DNA of 26,970 nt from Ignavibacteria bacterium. Its GTDB lineage: Bacteria > Elusimicrobiota > Endomicrobiia > PHAN01. How positions within the stretch are numbered: the first letter of the stretch is position 1; each line of letters starts with the position of its first letter. The DNA is taken from assembly GCA_041694835.1 (NCBI GenBank), contig JBGFRZ010000008.1, forward strand, positions 1 to 26,970, in the 5' to 3' direction. The translations under genes were made by a program, and so were the position numbers. Positions 1 to 15,000 of this stretch are shown here, in pieces. The notes beneath the pieces were generated by a model. The model did no database searches. It saw only the letters and a list, made by a program, of their open reading frames with translations, and had not been told where the DNA came from.

Positions 1-1
1 A

Positions 2-3000
2 AACCCTGAAGTTCGCAGATGTCTCCGTGCTTAACCACACAACCCCCGCCTGCCAACCAGTCCCATTATAGAACCCGGCGGATGCCGGACCTAAATCATG
101 TATGTAAATCTCTACACGCTCGATGACAAGATTGTCTATGAGAGAACCTGAGATTGTGGCAAGAGTTCTATATGCAACATTATTGGCGGGGAGATTTACT
201 GTTGCGGTGGGACGCGTTATGTCATACCAGAAGTTCACCCCGACGTTTCCAGCACCAGCGCCCTCTCGGTTGCCAGGTAAAGGCAAAACATCGTCAGAAG
301 CGCGCGACCGAACAAGATACTGCGTCCCGTCAGTCCAGCAGATAGCAGCCGTTGAAGAAACCATTACAAGTTGCCAGTTAGGCGCGGTAAATGAAGCAGG
401 GTTCCATACTTCGGTCACAACCCATGAAGAGTCGGATACACGGAAGTAGTCAGCGCCTCGTCTTATCAAAACATCCACGCTCCTCACCCCGGCAAGACCG
501 TCGGAAGCGGTTCCGGAAAGCGTCAAGAGGCTGTTAAAATATCCACCTTCAAAAGGTCTTTGTAAAACAGACAAGGGTTCTGCGGTATCCCATGTAAATA
601 GAACTGCATTCGGCGCTGGCGGGGTCACAAGGGTTTCATTCTCCCATATCCCCCACGGGTTTCTGCCGCGGCTCCTTATTGTATAGGATGAGCCGTGAAC
701 GAATATGTCGCCCGCTGCAAAACTCCACGACGGTGAAGAAGGAGATATATTAAACCATGTCTCTGTGACCGTCCAGGATGTTGAAGCGCGGAAAAAGTTG
801 TCCGAATTTCTCTGGACGCTCAAAAGCAGAGTTACGGTTGCAGAGTTTGCTGTCCCGACTATAGAAGTAAGAGCATTCCTGAAAGTTCCGTGAGACGGTG
901 TCGTAATGACTGATGCCGCCGGTGGCGGTCTGAATATGAATGTTCTTGAAGCGATTGCGAGTTCAAAGTTTGTAGCGCGGTCCTCAGCACGAGAATCCAC
1001 TCGGTAGCCGCCGTTATATGTAAACCCTATTCCTGCTGTCGGGAACGTCCAGACGCCGGCGCCTTCGTTTAATGTAGTCGTTAGCCATGAACTATCCGTT
1101 CCGTTCCAATCAGAACCTGACCACCAGGCGTTATCACCTGGGATAGAATCGCCTTCGGATGGATTGGCAACGGTCACTCTCTGCAGCCGGACCCTGACTT
1201 CCCTGGACCTGCCCAATCCCCAGTCCTGGGCGGTGCCGGATATAGTCGAAAGTTCGAGCATAATTGCCCCATTAGTTACAGGTAGTGTGACGAATGAAAC
1301 AGGGGCGGATGTATCAAAAATAATATAGTTTAGAGTTGAAAGTTGAGAGTTGAGAGCCCTGTCCCAGGCGCGCGACTGAATAGTGTATGAGGTATTGTTT
1401 GTCCAGTAGTTGCTCGGAGAAAACGTCCAAGACGTCGGCCACACTTGAGCGACATGGAAAGAAGACGTCACATTGGCAAATCCGCCCGACTGATAAACCC
1501 AGTTGTCGCTGAGCCGTCTTATTTCAACTTCCAGGCGAGAGAGTCCGCTTCTGACTTTACCTGTGCCCGCTGGAAGTATGTCGTCGGCAGTACCTGTAAT
1601 TACAGAGATTGTTCTATACCATTCGTTATGGACAGGGAATAAAACCGATGTTTGTGGGGGGGTTTGGTCAAATGTGAAAGTAACGGAAGATATGGCTGTT
1701 TCAACATTCGCAGTCGGCTCGGCCCAGTCCTCGGCGCGCGACCAAATCGTGTAGGAATAATCCGGCGCAAAAGGCGGTGTCGGGAAAACCCTGTTCCACG
1801 AACCGGGATTGCCGTCGGTATATGCCGTCAGGAACCATTGATCGCTCCCGGCCCATCCGATGTCCCCGTCATACCAACCGCCATCAGAGCGCTGCATCCT
1901 GAATCGAACATATCGGACACCGCTATTGCCCGTCAAGGTGTCGTTTGCCGTGCCAAATATACCGCTTACTTGCGCATTTGTAAATAATCCGGAAACCGGA
2001 GCGGTAGTTCTTGAAACTGGAGGTTGTGTGTCAAATCTGAAAGAGACGCCGCCAGAAGTCCAGTCGGCAGGGTCTGATGGATCTCTTCCGGAATTGTCTC
2101 TTGCTTCCACCCAAAGTCGATATAAATGACCGCTCGTCAAGGAATAAGAAGACGCCAACAGTGTCCAGGGACCTGTACCCGTAACAATGCCCCATCGGGA
2201 TTCGGCCTCCGTGAAGGCGCCGGTGGCAGGATTCCAGAAATTGAGTGTAGACATGTTTCTAATTGCGACCCATACATCCCGGACACCGCTCGGATTTGTT
2301 CCCGGGTCGGTTGCTGTCCCTGAAATGCTCGGAAGCGATGAATATTTTTTGCCGTCCTGCGGGACTATAACGCCTGAGAGAGCATTGGCGCCGTCAAAAG
2401 TAAAACTATATTCATTAATAGCGGAAACATTCCCCGCCCTGTCGTACACGCGCACACGGACGGCGTAGGTTATTCCGTCCTGCCACGATAAGTCATTATC
2501 CCACCACTGCCAGTTGGTTGTTCCAGTTGCATCCCACCATTTTTCGCCGGAACTAAAAACATTGCCCAACTGGTCCCAGAAATCCGCCCCACGTAGCACA
2601 GCCACTTGCACTCTGGAAAGATCGGACTTAACGCCCGGCGAAGGGGGGTCTACATCAAAAGCGGTGCCAGTAATTAGTGTCAGCGTCGACTCGAAAGGCA
2701 TATTCGGGTCCACAATGCCACTAACGGGGCTGGTAGAATCGAACATAAACGACACGACCGATGAAACCGTCTGGTTATTGGCATTGTCAAAGGAGCGCGC
2801 CTGAACTGTGTAGTTTCTGTTTGCTACCCATGGCGGAGATGTCAACTGCCAGTTCACAAGTCCGGAAGTGACAAGCCAGGTTGATGACACCACAACCCAA
2901 CTCTGCCCGTTCCATTTTGTTCCATCTGTAACATTGACAATTTCAAGCTCTGTTCTGTTGACGCCAGCAGGCGAGTCGGCGGCGGTGCCCCATATAATAT

Positions 3001-6000
3001 TCAAAGGATTACCCGGTCCATAAAAGCCACCTGCAACAGGCGAGGAGAGCGCAATAAGCGGACCTACGCGGTCACAGGTGAAAAAAATTGTTCGGGGCGA
3101 GGGGTCTGTATTTCCGGCATCGTCAATAGCAACTGACCTCGCCGCGTATTTAATTCCTTGCACAAGTCCTGTGGTTATTGAGACAGTCCAGGTGGACACA
3201 CCGACTGCCCCACCCATATTCTGAATAAGGTTATGAATATTTGTCGTCCACGAAGAACCCGTCCAGTAGTAATCAACTCCATCGGTATAATAGAAGTTTA
3301 CACTGACTTCTCTTGTGCCTGCGGTGGCGTCGTTTGCGGTTCCTGTAATTTGTGTTATTGTCGGCACAAACGAGCCAGAAGAAGGAAATGTCGTAAATGA
3401 TGCGGGAGGAGTCGTGTCCCAAATAAATGTTCTTGTAGTATATGAAACCTCAAAATTGTCGGCATTGTCTCTTGCTCGGGGGATAATTTCGTAAACACCA
3501 TCAGAAGGATTGCCGCTGCCCGTAAAAGTTCCTAATACCGCAGTTCCGCGAGACCATGTTTTTGTCACAGATGAATAAACCACCGTCCACCATTTGTGTG
3601 TAGTATCATTCCACGCACCAGCGCCAGAATAGAATTTGCCAGTTGAAACCTGCCTCATAGCGATATTAACCCCATCGTTCTCAGCAGTTGTAGTTGATAC
3701 ACCTGTCACCCACCTTTTTGCGGTAAAGTCGTCTGCTGTCCCTTGAATAGCGGTAAGTTCCCTTATTTTCTGCCCTCCCAAAGGAACAGTTACTCTTGAA
3801 ACAGGTCTTTCGGAATCGAATATGAAGTCAAATCCACCACCGGCTATTTCAGTATTCTGAGCTCGGTCACTTGCACGTGTCCTGATGTTGTATAATTGAC
3901 CTGAAATCCAGTTTATCCCTGAATAACTCCAGGTGCCTGGGTAGACAGCAAACCAGGTTGTGAAATTAGCATCCAGCGAGGATGTTCTCCAAACATCTGT
4001 GACATCCCAGAATGCTCCACCCCAGTACTCTGTTGTATCTTTGTTTAAAACCCTTATAGCGATCCCGGAATGTCTTCCCGGAGCTGTATCTGTGGCTGTT
4101 CCGGAGACGAGCGGGATTGAATTGTGGATGGCTCTGTTCGGAAATTGCAGACCGCTTGTCGGCATCGTTCTATCTATTATGATATTTGTTATCGGTGTAG
4201 TGAATACATTGCCGCCAGGAAGTGAAGCGTCAATGGCACGAGCGCTGATTTCATACTCGCCTTCGTCCTTCCAGGCGGATGTTGGGAAAGCGATATTGTA
4301 TGTCCACGGTTCGTTGTTTGAGTTGAAAGCCCCATCGTCGGCAGAAGCGGTAAGCCAGTTGTCGGCGTTTTCGTAGTCGTGGAGCGTGTCGTTATAAGTA
4401 AGTGTCGTTCCTTTTCTCTTGATTTGAACGCGTGCCGCAGAGATGCGTCCCGAGAACTGAGGAGAATCAGGGTCAGTAGCGGTTCCTTTTATCTGAGAGA
4501 TGTTTTTTGCGCCACCAAACCCGGTGTAGTGGTCCCCCGCCGTAAGATTGGTAATTCCCGAGGCGGGGAGGGTCCTATCAACATTAAAAAAGACATCTTC
4601 TATATTGGCTGGAAGTTCAGTTCCCGCGGGCCCTTTACCACGAGAACGGATTACATACCGGACATTATCTTGAAATATAGCGTTGGCAAAATTATATGAC
4701 CATGGATTTGTTCCTGCTGCCGGTGCCCATGTTGAAATAGTTACCCAATTATTCAAGAAATGACTCCAGAAAGTTGAATATCCCGGTCCTGAACTTAACT
4801 GAACTTCTACAGAGTTGGTGTATGCGTTAGCGCTACCAGTCGCGCCAAGGTCACCTGATATTCTGTAATAATTCTCGGCGGCGGGAAATGTCACAAGAGT
4901 CTGCGGAAGCGGAGCGGAAAAGTTGAAGGTTATGGTTGATGCGGCAACCTCTATTTCACGGTTTTCTGCTTTATCCCAGGCCCTGACGGAAATCCTGTAT
5001 TGATAACCTGGCGATTCTTTTGCAACCCACCCGACCCCGGAAGAGTCATAACTCCAGGTAGGACCGGCTGTGGGAATGGTAATAAAAGTAGGAGTGCTCA
5101 ACCACTGTGTGGCGCCTGGCGACCAGTATTTTCCGGCCGGGGGAGTTGGGTCGCCGGTCTGTCCTTCAACGCAGTAAATCAAAATGGCTACCCTGTCGAG
5201 CTGTCCCGGGGAGGGGTCTGAGCAAGTGCCGGTTATCTGAGGCAAACTGTCAACTTCGCTTGCGTTTGCCGGAAGCGTTACCCTTGATGTAGGCGGGGTT
5301 GTGTCGCAGGTGAAAGTGTTCGTGGCCCAGTCGGTTTCAAAATTAGTTGAGCGGTCCTGTGCACGAGATATTACCCAGTATGAAGTCGTGTTTGTCCACA
5401 TTGCGGGACTTACAACATATCGCCAATTAACCGAAGATGTCCAGACATCGGAGATTGTGGCGGTTGAGAAAATCGGCTCGGCAGATGTCGTCCACGACGG
5501 AGCCGCCCATCCGCCCCACCAAAGGTTATCACTTAATCGCTTAATCGCTACTCGCACCTCGCTAACTCTGCTTGCCATTGTGTTGGTATCGTTAGCGGTT
5601 CCTGAGATTGTACTAATCGCCCCTGCAAAAGTTGACCCGGGCAGTGGCGGGAAAGTAACCCTTGATGTTGGTCTTGTGGTGTCATAAGTAGCGGAAGACA
5701 TTATAGGCGTCTCCCAGTTGGGCGAAGGGGTAAGGTCGTTAAAAGCGTTATCGCGCGACCGGACATAAAATTCATACTTGTAATTATCCGTCCATGCTCC
5801 CGAACCTATACCATAACGCCATTCGTATATCTGGTTTCCACCGTCGAGAAGCACCAAAGTTGCGCTTATCGGGTAATTGGGATCGGCCGTCTGCCAGTCC
5901 GCTCCGCCCCAGAACTGCCATGTTGCGCCGTTGTTGTTTGTTCTTCTTATGTTCAGCCGCGTCTCAAAGACACCGGCGCCTTGTATATAATCAATGACGG

Positions 6001-9000
6001 TTCCTGAAATGGTCGCAAGCGCGGGCGACGTGAGATAAGAATCCCGGGGCGGAAGCGAGACAAAAGAGTCGGGAGCTTGATTGTCATATTTGAAAGGCAC
6101 TCCTCCGATATTAGCGTCTATATTGGAGTTTGACACAAGAAGTCGGTTCCCGGCGGCGTCTTCACATTCAACCCAGACGCGGTAGTTGTGTCTCTGGATA
6201 AACGAAGGCGGAGTGATAGTCCACGAAGTTGTCCCGCTCACCGGAACGCGAATAGCCGGGTTGTTCACATCGGTTGTCCACGCTGCGCCGCCGAGCCAGT
6301 ATTGGCCCAGAGTAGTATTTTTCAGGATTATTCTAACAGCCGTCACGCCGGAGGTGGCGTCGGCGGTAGTGCCTGAAATTTTTGAAAGAGTCGTATAGTT
6401 AATGTTTGTTTGAGGCAACACAAAACCAGCGGTAGGAGTCGTTCTGTCCACTGTGAAGCCGACAGTGGAAACGGTTATTTGCCAGTTGCCCGTCCAGCCG
6501 GCATCATTTGACTTCAACGCGCGGTCGCGTGCTCTTGTTTCTAACCGGTACGACACGCCATCCGCCCATGTGACATTTGATGAATCCCAGTTAAATGGAA
6601 CATTTGAGCCGACAGGTGATACTGGTATATCAATCCATCTTTCTGAAGCGCTCCAGCCGCTTACTGATGCGTCCCACCATTGTGGTCCTGCAGGGTTTAT
6701 GACCCATAGACGAACAAGGTTCACTCTTGAAGCATTTGCTCCAAAATCAATTCCCGTGCCTGATATGCTTGAAATAGTTGGATAAAAAAGACCGCTTTGG
6801 GGTCCCGGGAAGGCAAACTGCGATGTGGGTGTTGTAGTGTCTATAAATACAAATTCGGCGGTAGTGTTCGCTTGATTGCCAGGTTGGTCGAACGCTTCTA
6901 TGTAGACACGGTAAATTGTATTATCTCTGAGTTGTGCGCCAAACCCGGAGAACGTCCAGGTGGGCAGGGCAGCAATAGTTGCAGTCGAATAAATTGCAGT
7001 TGCAGAATTAAATGCACCTGTTGCGGGGTTCCACCATCCGCCTGATGTCCCCGGGTCCTCGTCAATAGCAACGGTGACGGTAGAAATTATATTTGAAATA
7101 ACGTCGGCAGCGGTACCCGAAATCGTAAGTAAAGTGTTCCAGTATGAAGAGCCAGTCGTCGGCTGTAAAAGTGAGACAGTCGGTGGCCCATCGTCCACCG
7201 TCCAGGTGGCAGAAGAAAGGACAACCTGAGTTGAACCGGCAAGATCGTATCCTCTACATTCTATACCATACCGGTCGCCGTTTGTCCATCCACCGGTTGG
7301 AGTCCATGTGGTGAACCATATTCGTGTTCCTGCTCCTGAGCCATCTTGTGCACGATGCCAGATAGTTTTGTCAACCCACAAACCTCCTTCGAATTTACGG
7401 ATAACACACTCTACCCTGTCTAACCCTGCCAAATCACCGTTCGCGGTTCCGGAAAGAGTAGCCAGTGCGCCAGATCGCTGGAAACTACCTGCTCTTGGAT
7501 ATGTCACTTGCGCTACGGGCGGTGTTGTATCAATTATAACTTCAACCGGTGAACCGAATGTTCCTGCATTAGGTGGTGTTGCGTTGTCTATCGCACGAAT
7601 TTGGAGCGTATATCTCTGGTCAGAAATAATTTTTGCTGTATCAGTGAATATGTAATCCCAGTTAGGCGATGTGTAAGCATCCGGGGAGAACTCTGCAAGC
7701 GCTGTTTGCCAGGTGGTCCCTGTCCAGTAGTAAGTAACCGTTCCTTCAAGTCGGGCCAATCTCAGTCTTATATTAGACACGGACGGTATACCAGCGGGTG
7801 AGTCAACCGCAGTTCCTGCTATTGACCAGGTAAGGCCAGGGTTCACTCTACCATTACCATCAGGGTCTTCGTATGAAACTATTGATGCAACAGGTGCTTG
7901 ATTATCCCATCTGATAGTAAATGACGACTCACCGACAATAAAGAATTGCTGGGTATTACCTGCGGGTAATGCCTGGTCTTTCGCCCGAGAGCGGACTATG
8001 TATCTAAAATCGTGTGTCCAGTCACCCGTGGCAGGTAGTCGCGTAAATGTCCAGGAAGATGCAGCAACATTGGGAATATGTATTGTAGAAGTCCCCCAAT
8101 AAATTACTGCCTCTTCTGGTTGTGAAGCATCCCATGTGAGATTATCAGCACGCCAGTATCTTAGCGGTAAGCCACCTTGGGCAGGACGTGTTATGTGTAT
8201 CTGAACTAAATCTAATCTGCCTGCTGAACCACCAGCGCCGGCGGGGTCCCAAGCGGTCCCGGTAATTTGTGTCAATGAAGAATATATAGCATTATTTGAT
8301 AAAGTAGTTGTTCTTGCTGTTGGCGATGAAGTATCAAACAAGAAATTGTTAGCAGTACCTACCTGAGTATTTCCTGCTCTATCTCTTGCTCTTGGAGTAA
8401 TTGCATATCTCACACCATCCTGCCAGGTCGGTATGTTCGTGGTTCTATACCAGCGGGATTCAGCAGGGACCCATGTTGCCAGATTCCATACACCAGCAGC
8501 TTGGTTTACCCATGTAGAGTTGCTCACATCCCAGTATGTAGTGCTATAGCGTAAGTCACGAATTGTAATCTCAACTGTATCAACTTCACCCGGTAGTGTA
8601 TCACCGGCAGTTCCTGAGAGTTGAGTTAATGTTTGATATGACGGCTCACCTGCAGTCGGTAAAGTTACAAATGCTGTTGGCAGTGTCTGGTCGAAAATAA
8701 CCGTATTGCCAATAAGGGTTACTGACTGCTCTTCACCTGCTGGACCCAAACCTTTAGACAAATAGTAATATGAAGTATTAGTAGTCCATGCAGAAGTGGA
8801 GATATTGCCCGTCCATTCCCAGTATCGGCTATCGTCAGCTAAAACAGATACATTTGATACATTGAGATAAACTCTCGGGGCACCCTGTCCTGACCCAGGT
8901 GATGAAAATGAACTACCGTACCAGTAGAAACCATCTGTTCTTCGTTCTACAGAGACCCTTATACTCGCTGTATCTGCCGTAGTGAATTTATTCGCTCCAC

Positions 9001-12000
9001 CTATAACCGACTGCGGCCTGTAATTCAAATGAGAATTATTTGCTGGGGTATTTATCCATGTGTCAGGAAATGGTGCAGAGAAATAGAAATTAGTACGCCA
9101 GATAGTTGTTTCTGTGTTTCCGCCTTTATCAATTGCATAACATCTAACTGCGTACCATGCCTTGTTCCAACTCCACGGTTCACCGGAAACATAATACCAG
9201 GTTGAACCGGCAAGAACTGTTACAGATGATACGGGTAGCCATACAGTAGTATCTGTAACCCATTCAGAACCGTTATATGCTCTTAATATAGTTCCCGGTG
9301 GCGACCCTTTTGGATCTTGCTGACCTAAATACAATAGTTGCACTCTGACAATATCAACTTCACCCGGAGAAACATCCCGACAGGTGCCGGAAATTGTATT
9401 CAGTGGTATCTCGCCATAAGTTAGATCATTAACAGGTAAAGTCACAGTAGATATCGGTGCTGTAAAGTCTGCTTTGATGTTGGTTACTGTTGAATGGACA
9501 AGTTGATAATTACTTGCCCTATCCTGGACACGAATATTTATTTCATATGTCTCACCTGTCTGCCAGGGTGTTGTGTTCAGTTGCCACCATGTACCATTTG
9601 GACTTAAAGTACCATATTGTGGAATATTGTTCCATACTTCAGGTGCATTTTGTACTGTCCAGGAAGAATCAGAAATACGCCAGTAATGGTTAGGTTTTGG
9701 ACCAGTAAGTTGTCTTATCCTTACCCATACATTGCTTGATATACCCGGCGGCGCATCCCACGATGAACCAGTAACTCTCCCGGTTGCACTTATGAAAGAT
9801 TCAGTAACAGGAAAAGTAATAGTCCCTGTAGGCCTTGAAGTATCAAATACAAATTCAACATCACGGACAGTGCCTATATTGCCGGCACCATCACCTTCAG
9901 AATTTGTAGCACCATCCCTTGCTCTTGTAACTGCTCTATATTGTCTACCATTTACCCAGGTCGGTGTTGCTGTATAAACCGCCGGCCAATTCCAGAAACC
10001 ATCGCATAAAATCCAGGTTAATGTCGGCTGCCAACTGGCACCGTCCCAATATGTTGCCCCTTGAGTCAAATCACGGATGTATATTCTTACTTCGGTTACA
10101 CCTGAGTTTTCAGGCGCAGCAGGTAAATCTTCTGCTGTCCCGGTGAGCATTGCAAGACCAACTGAATTATAGTGTGCACCGTCTTGTAAAATACTGAAGT
10201 ACGACTGCGGCTCCATAGCATCAAACAAAAATGTAAGAGATGCATCAGGTGATTCACTATTATTCACAAAGTCGGTTGACCTACTTAAAAGTTGATACCT
10301 AAAACCTGATGACCAGGTGACATTTGTGCTTATAAACACCCAGGTGCCACTTGATGGACCCCAAGATGTCCAGGACGGTGTTAAATCAATCGGTGTAGTA
10401 ACCCAATCTTTAATTGATTCATTCCAGTAGAGTTCTCCTGCAATTCTTTTTATTCTTAACCTGACAGGGTTGACAGTGGCTAACCTTAAATTATCAGTTG
10501 CGGTTCCAGAGATGGTAGGCACAGACCTCTGCGGTGCTGATGTTGGCAAATTTGTCTGCGATACCGGTGCTTGTCTATCAATGGCTATATTCACTATTGA
10601 TGATGCAGGACCCTGATTATTTCCGGATTCTGTAACATCTTTTGCTCTAACACGAATAAAATATCGCCTGTCATTTTCCCAGACACCGCTTGGTATTCCA
10701 TCAAGACGAAATGTTGCGGAGCCACCACCGATAGGAGTAAAGACACTGGCACCAATCCAGGTATTCTCATCAGCCACCCATGTCCAGCCGGTAGGTCCTG
10801 ATAGGCCAGAATCAGGACCACTTATTGTGCCACTTAAATCATCATCCCTTGTGATAGAGATTTCACCGCCTGTCGGCACAGAAAACAAATCAAAACATGT
10901 CCCGGAAATTGTTGCAACACTTGAATAGATTTCATTATTTATTGGAAAAGTTACAGCAGAATTTGGTCCTGTAGTATCAAATCTGAAAGTGTGACTATTA
11001 AGCATTGAAATGTCAGTATATCTTATTATTGGTGGTATCGCCTCCCAAACACCTGCTCTGTCTACTCCCCGAGTGCGGACATTGTAGATTCTACCATCAC
11101 TAAACGCACCGGTTAATCTATCATAATTCCAGGGAGCAACACCAGCCGCATCGGTCCAGTATTCAGAAGTTATCCATGTGCCGGAAGTAGTCCACCAGCG
11201 CCAGTAAGATGTCGTTGCATCGGTTATATCAGCGATACAGAACTGAATTCTATCTACACCGGATAAATTGTCCGAACTTGTCCCGGTAATCATTCCTAAA
11301 CTGTTGTATGTGATTCCATGTCCGGGTAAAGTTACCCGGGATATCGGTGCAGTTATATCAAAAGCGACGACAATACCGTCTTCTTCAACAGGTGGTAATG
11401 TCTCGCCACGACCATCAAACCGCCATCTTGACATTATCCGGTAACTACGTTCAGCCCAGGTGACATTGACAGCATTAAAAGTTGCCGTGAATACGAAATA
11501 CTGCCCACCCGGAACAGACCAATATCCATCACCCCTGCTTGTTACATCATTCCATGTTTCTGCGCCGACCCACCCGGCTGGACTTTCTCGCCAGAAGAAA
11601 CCATCATCACGCCGGATTGCAACTTGATAAATATCAATCAGCCCCGGGCTACTCGCACTCCCCCAAGTAGCTTCACAGTATATCTCACTAAGTGTTGAGC
11701 GAAATTCGCCTGTCCTCGGTCTGACAACGAACGACCTCGGCCAGCTGCCCCGTCTTAACCGTACCGGAAACCTACCGGCACCAGGTGACTCTATCCTCGT
11801 ACCACCATGGCTTTCAGCACGGGAACGAATTCTGGCATTTTCTACGGTTGCCGCACCATCACGAAATTCTGCCGGTGGGACATCTCTATACTGAAAATAT
11901 TCTCTACCCTCAGCAACTATCCAGGATGCTTCCGGAAGGTTCATAAAACTTGTCCAGTTGTTAGGCGGTGTACCTGTCCAACCCTGCCAGGCGATACCGG

Positions 12001-15000
12001 TCCAGTACCGATCGCCTATTTCATCAAAAATTTGTATCTTTACCTGGTGTATCGGTGTCCCGTCACCAACCCATGCTTCACCGACAAGAAACGGCTGACG
12101 GTCAGTCTGGGTCTGGTCAGTTTCCCTATCCCACACAAGTATGTCAGTAATCATTGACCCCGGTGCCGTGGGGTCTAAAGTGAAGTTTGAAGTAGATAAA
12201 ACTACATCAAAGTTTAACGCATTATCAACAGCACGGGCACGAACACGAAAGTCAGTTACAGCAGTAGGCCAGATGCCGGAGGTATTGTAAAACCATTTCC
12301 ACACGGTCCCCGGTGCTGTAGCCCCTTCCCAACCACTAAACGCTACCCAGGTAGAACCAACCACCCAGGAAGTTCCGTTGAAGAATGTGTTATTTGTTAT
12401 GTTCCAGATTTCTAATTCTACCCTGTTAAGTGAAGAACCAGGAGCAGTTATAGTAGATGTCGCAAGGTCAAATGCATTTCCCCTTATAGATGTTAATGTG
12501 CCTAATACACTATTATGAAGGGGTTGCGTAATACTTGATGTAGGTCTTGTGATATCATATGTAAATACAATTTCAGGGCTCCATGAACCCCAGTTTCCCG
12601 CAACATCTCTTGCTCTTGCTGATAGCCGGTATCTATGGTTATTGGTCATTGTAGGTGTAGCGCGTGTCCACCCACTGGCAACGGCCCCAGGTGAGACAAC
12701 AGTCCCATCTATTTCAATATAACTTGCCTGCCAGGCAACACCATTCCAGTATGTAGTAGGCCAAGGAAGTTCTCTAATCCATAATCTCACTCCACCGGCG
12801 GGTATACCTGAGAAGTCGTCAGTGGCATTACCTTCAATTTGCGCTAACGGATTGGTTGTATTATTAAAGGCAGTATTGTTCGCTGGTCGAGATACGGTTA
12901 TCGTTGGACCTGCAGTATCTATTGTAAACTGGACCGCAGTTGAAGTAGATATACGGCCGACAAAGTCCTCTACGCGGACTTCTATAGTGTAGTTGGCTGA
13001 AGTCCATCCCGGAGCAGGATATGTCCAGGAAGTAGTTGTTCCAGTAAGACCCTCGGCGACTAACGGCCATACAGTCGGCATAGTATCCTGCCAGAAAGCA
13101 CCATTCCAAAAAAGATTCGGGCTCGCAGAAATATTCCTTATAAGTATCCTTAATCTACTTAAACGTTGGTTATCGCTTGCCGTCCCAAAAATTGTCCCCA
13201 CTCCGCCAATACCATATACACTGGCATTAACTGGAAATGTAGTAACTGCTACCGGTGCCTGTAGGTCGATTGTGAATCTGACAAAAGGTGTATCAGGATT
13301 TAATAAAGACTTATTTTCTTGATTACCTCCTTGGTCTCGTGCATAACCACGAATCTGGTAAATAAAATTATTTATCCACCCAGTTGAAGGAACAACGTTC
13401 CAGTTATGTTTCCATATTCCGCTATCAAGAGTTCCGGTTTCTAAATTAGCAGTTAAAGGTGTCATAGCACCCCAGCCAGTCCCAGTGAAATATTCTGCTG
13501 TTTGTTCACAATAAATTGATATTCTTTGACTATCCATTGAAGTTCCTACAGGATTGGAAGGGGCAGTATCCCAGGCAGTTCCTGAAATTGTTGTAAGTCC
13601 AGCAAGTAATGTTCCATCAAGCGGATACTGAATAGTAGAACTTGGCCTTGAAATATCAAACCAGAACCTTCTGGTAGTGCTAATCGCAGGACCATTATTT
13701 GTTGGCAGAGAAGAATCCCATGCACGAACAACTAACTCATACTGACGACCATCATTGAATGCAACGGAAGAAATAAGTATTCTCCACATTCCAGGAGCAT
13801 AAATTACTGCAGGATTCCATGTTATTGTTTCTGACCATGTCTTTGTTGTCTCATTCCAGTATGTTGCTCCCTGTCCAAGGTCCTGTAACCGCACTTCCAC
13901 TGTAGAAATATCTGTATCTCCAGTCCCCTGTGAAGTTGTATGTGCCCCTAAAGGTGCAGATATAAATCCTAAACTTGCCGGGACATCTATAACAGGTGCG
14001 TTAACAACAGTATCATAAGTAAATGTAGTTGTGGTAAAATCCGTCTCATACCTCAGATAATCCTTTGCCTGGATATTTATCTCATACACAGTATTTGGAT
14101 TTCCAGTCCAGTTAAACAAATCAACATAAGCCCATGTCGTAGTTCTTTGATTTATATTAGTTCCAATAGTTATCCATGCCGCAGTAGCATAAACTATTGT
14201 GAAATCATTAGCAGGGTCACTCCAGTATCTGTTATCGCTGTTACGTTTGATGCGAATATATAAGGAATCAATTGCAACAGTATCACTTGCAGTTCCTGAA
14301 ATAGTCAGCAGTGCACTTCGCCTGGTAGCATTTACTGGAAGAGTCGCTCTACTTTCTGGCTCAGCAGCATCCCACCAGAAAGTAACAGTACTACGTACTA
14401 CTTCATCATTTGGGTCAGGACTGCCTGCAGAATTTACTACCCTATCCCGTGCTACAGAAGCAATATAATAAGTTGTCCCATCTGTCATTTGAGCTGCGGA
14501 AGGTAGAAAGGTTGTCCTTGTCCATGTTACATCCACTCCACCAGCCGGAACAACACTGTTTGGGTCAGGCCAGTTAGTATGACCGGGTAAAGGCCCTACT
14601 TGCCATAGGTTACCATCCCACCAAAAACCGTCACTACGCCAGAGTAACCATTTAACATTGTTTACTCCACCCTGAGAATTATCCTTCCCTGTACCAGAAA
14701 TTGTAGTTAAACTATTTATAATTGAATTGTTTGTTGGTTGATTACAAATTGAATCCGGTAACTCAGGAGTAGCTTGATATTCATCGTAATAAAACACTGT
14801 CGTTGACCAATCTACTGTATAATTCCCGACTATATCCCTTACTCGTGCCCAGATAGTATATTTTCTGTTTTGTGACCAACCAGGATTTGCGTATTGCCAA
14901 CTACCACTGACTACACCGGTTGAAAACCATCTATTATAGTCACCTTCATAGCCACTTACGTAATCCTGCCAGCCAGTCCCCGGGACCCAGTATTTATTTA

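Noticed and set aside
11528-11536. RGD tripeptide in a divergent repeat
   Set aside because: A single tripeptide in >6,000 aa is expected by chance.
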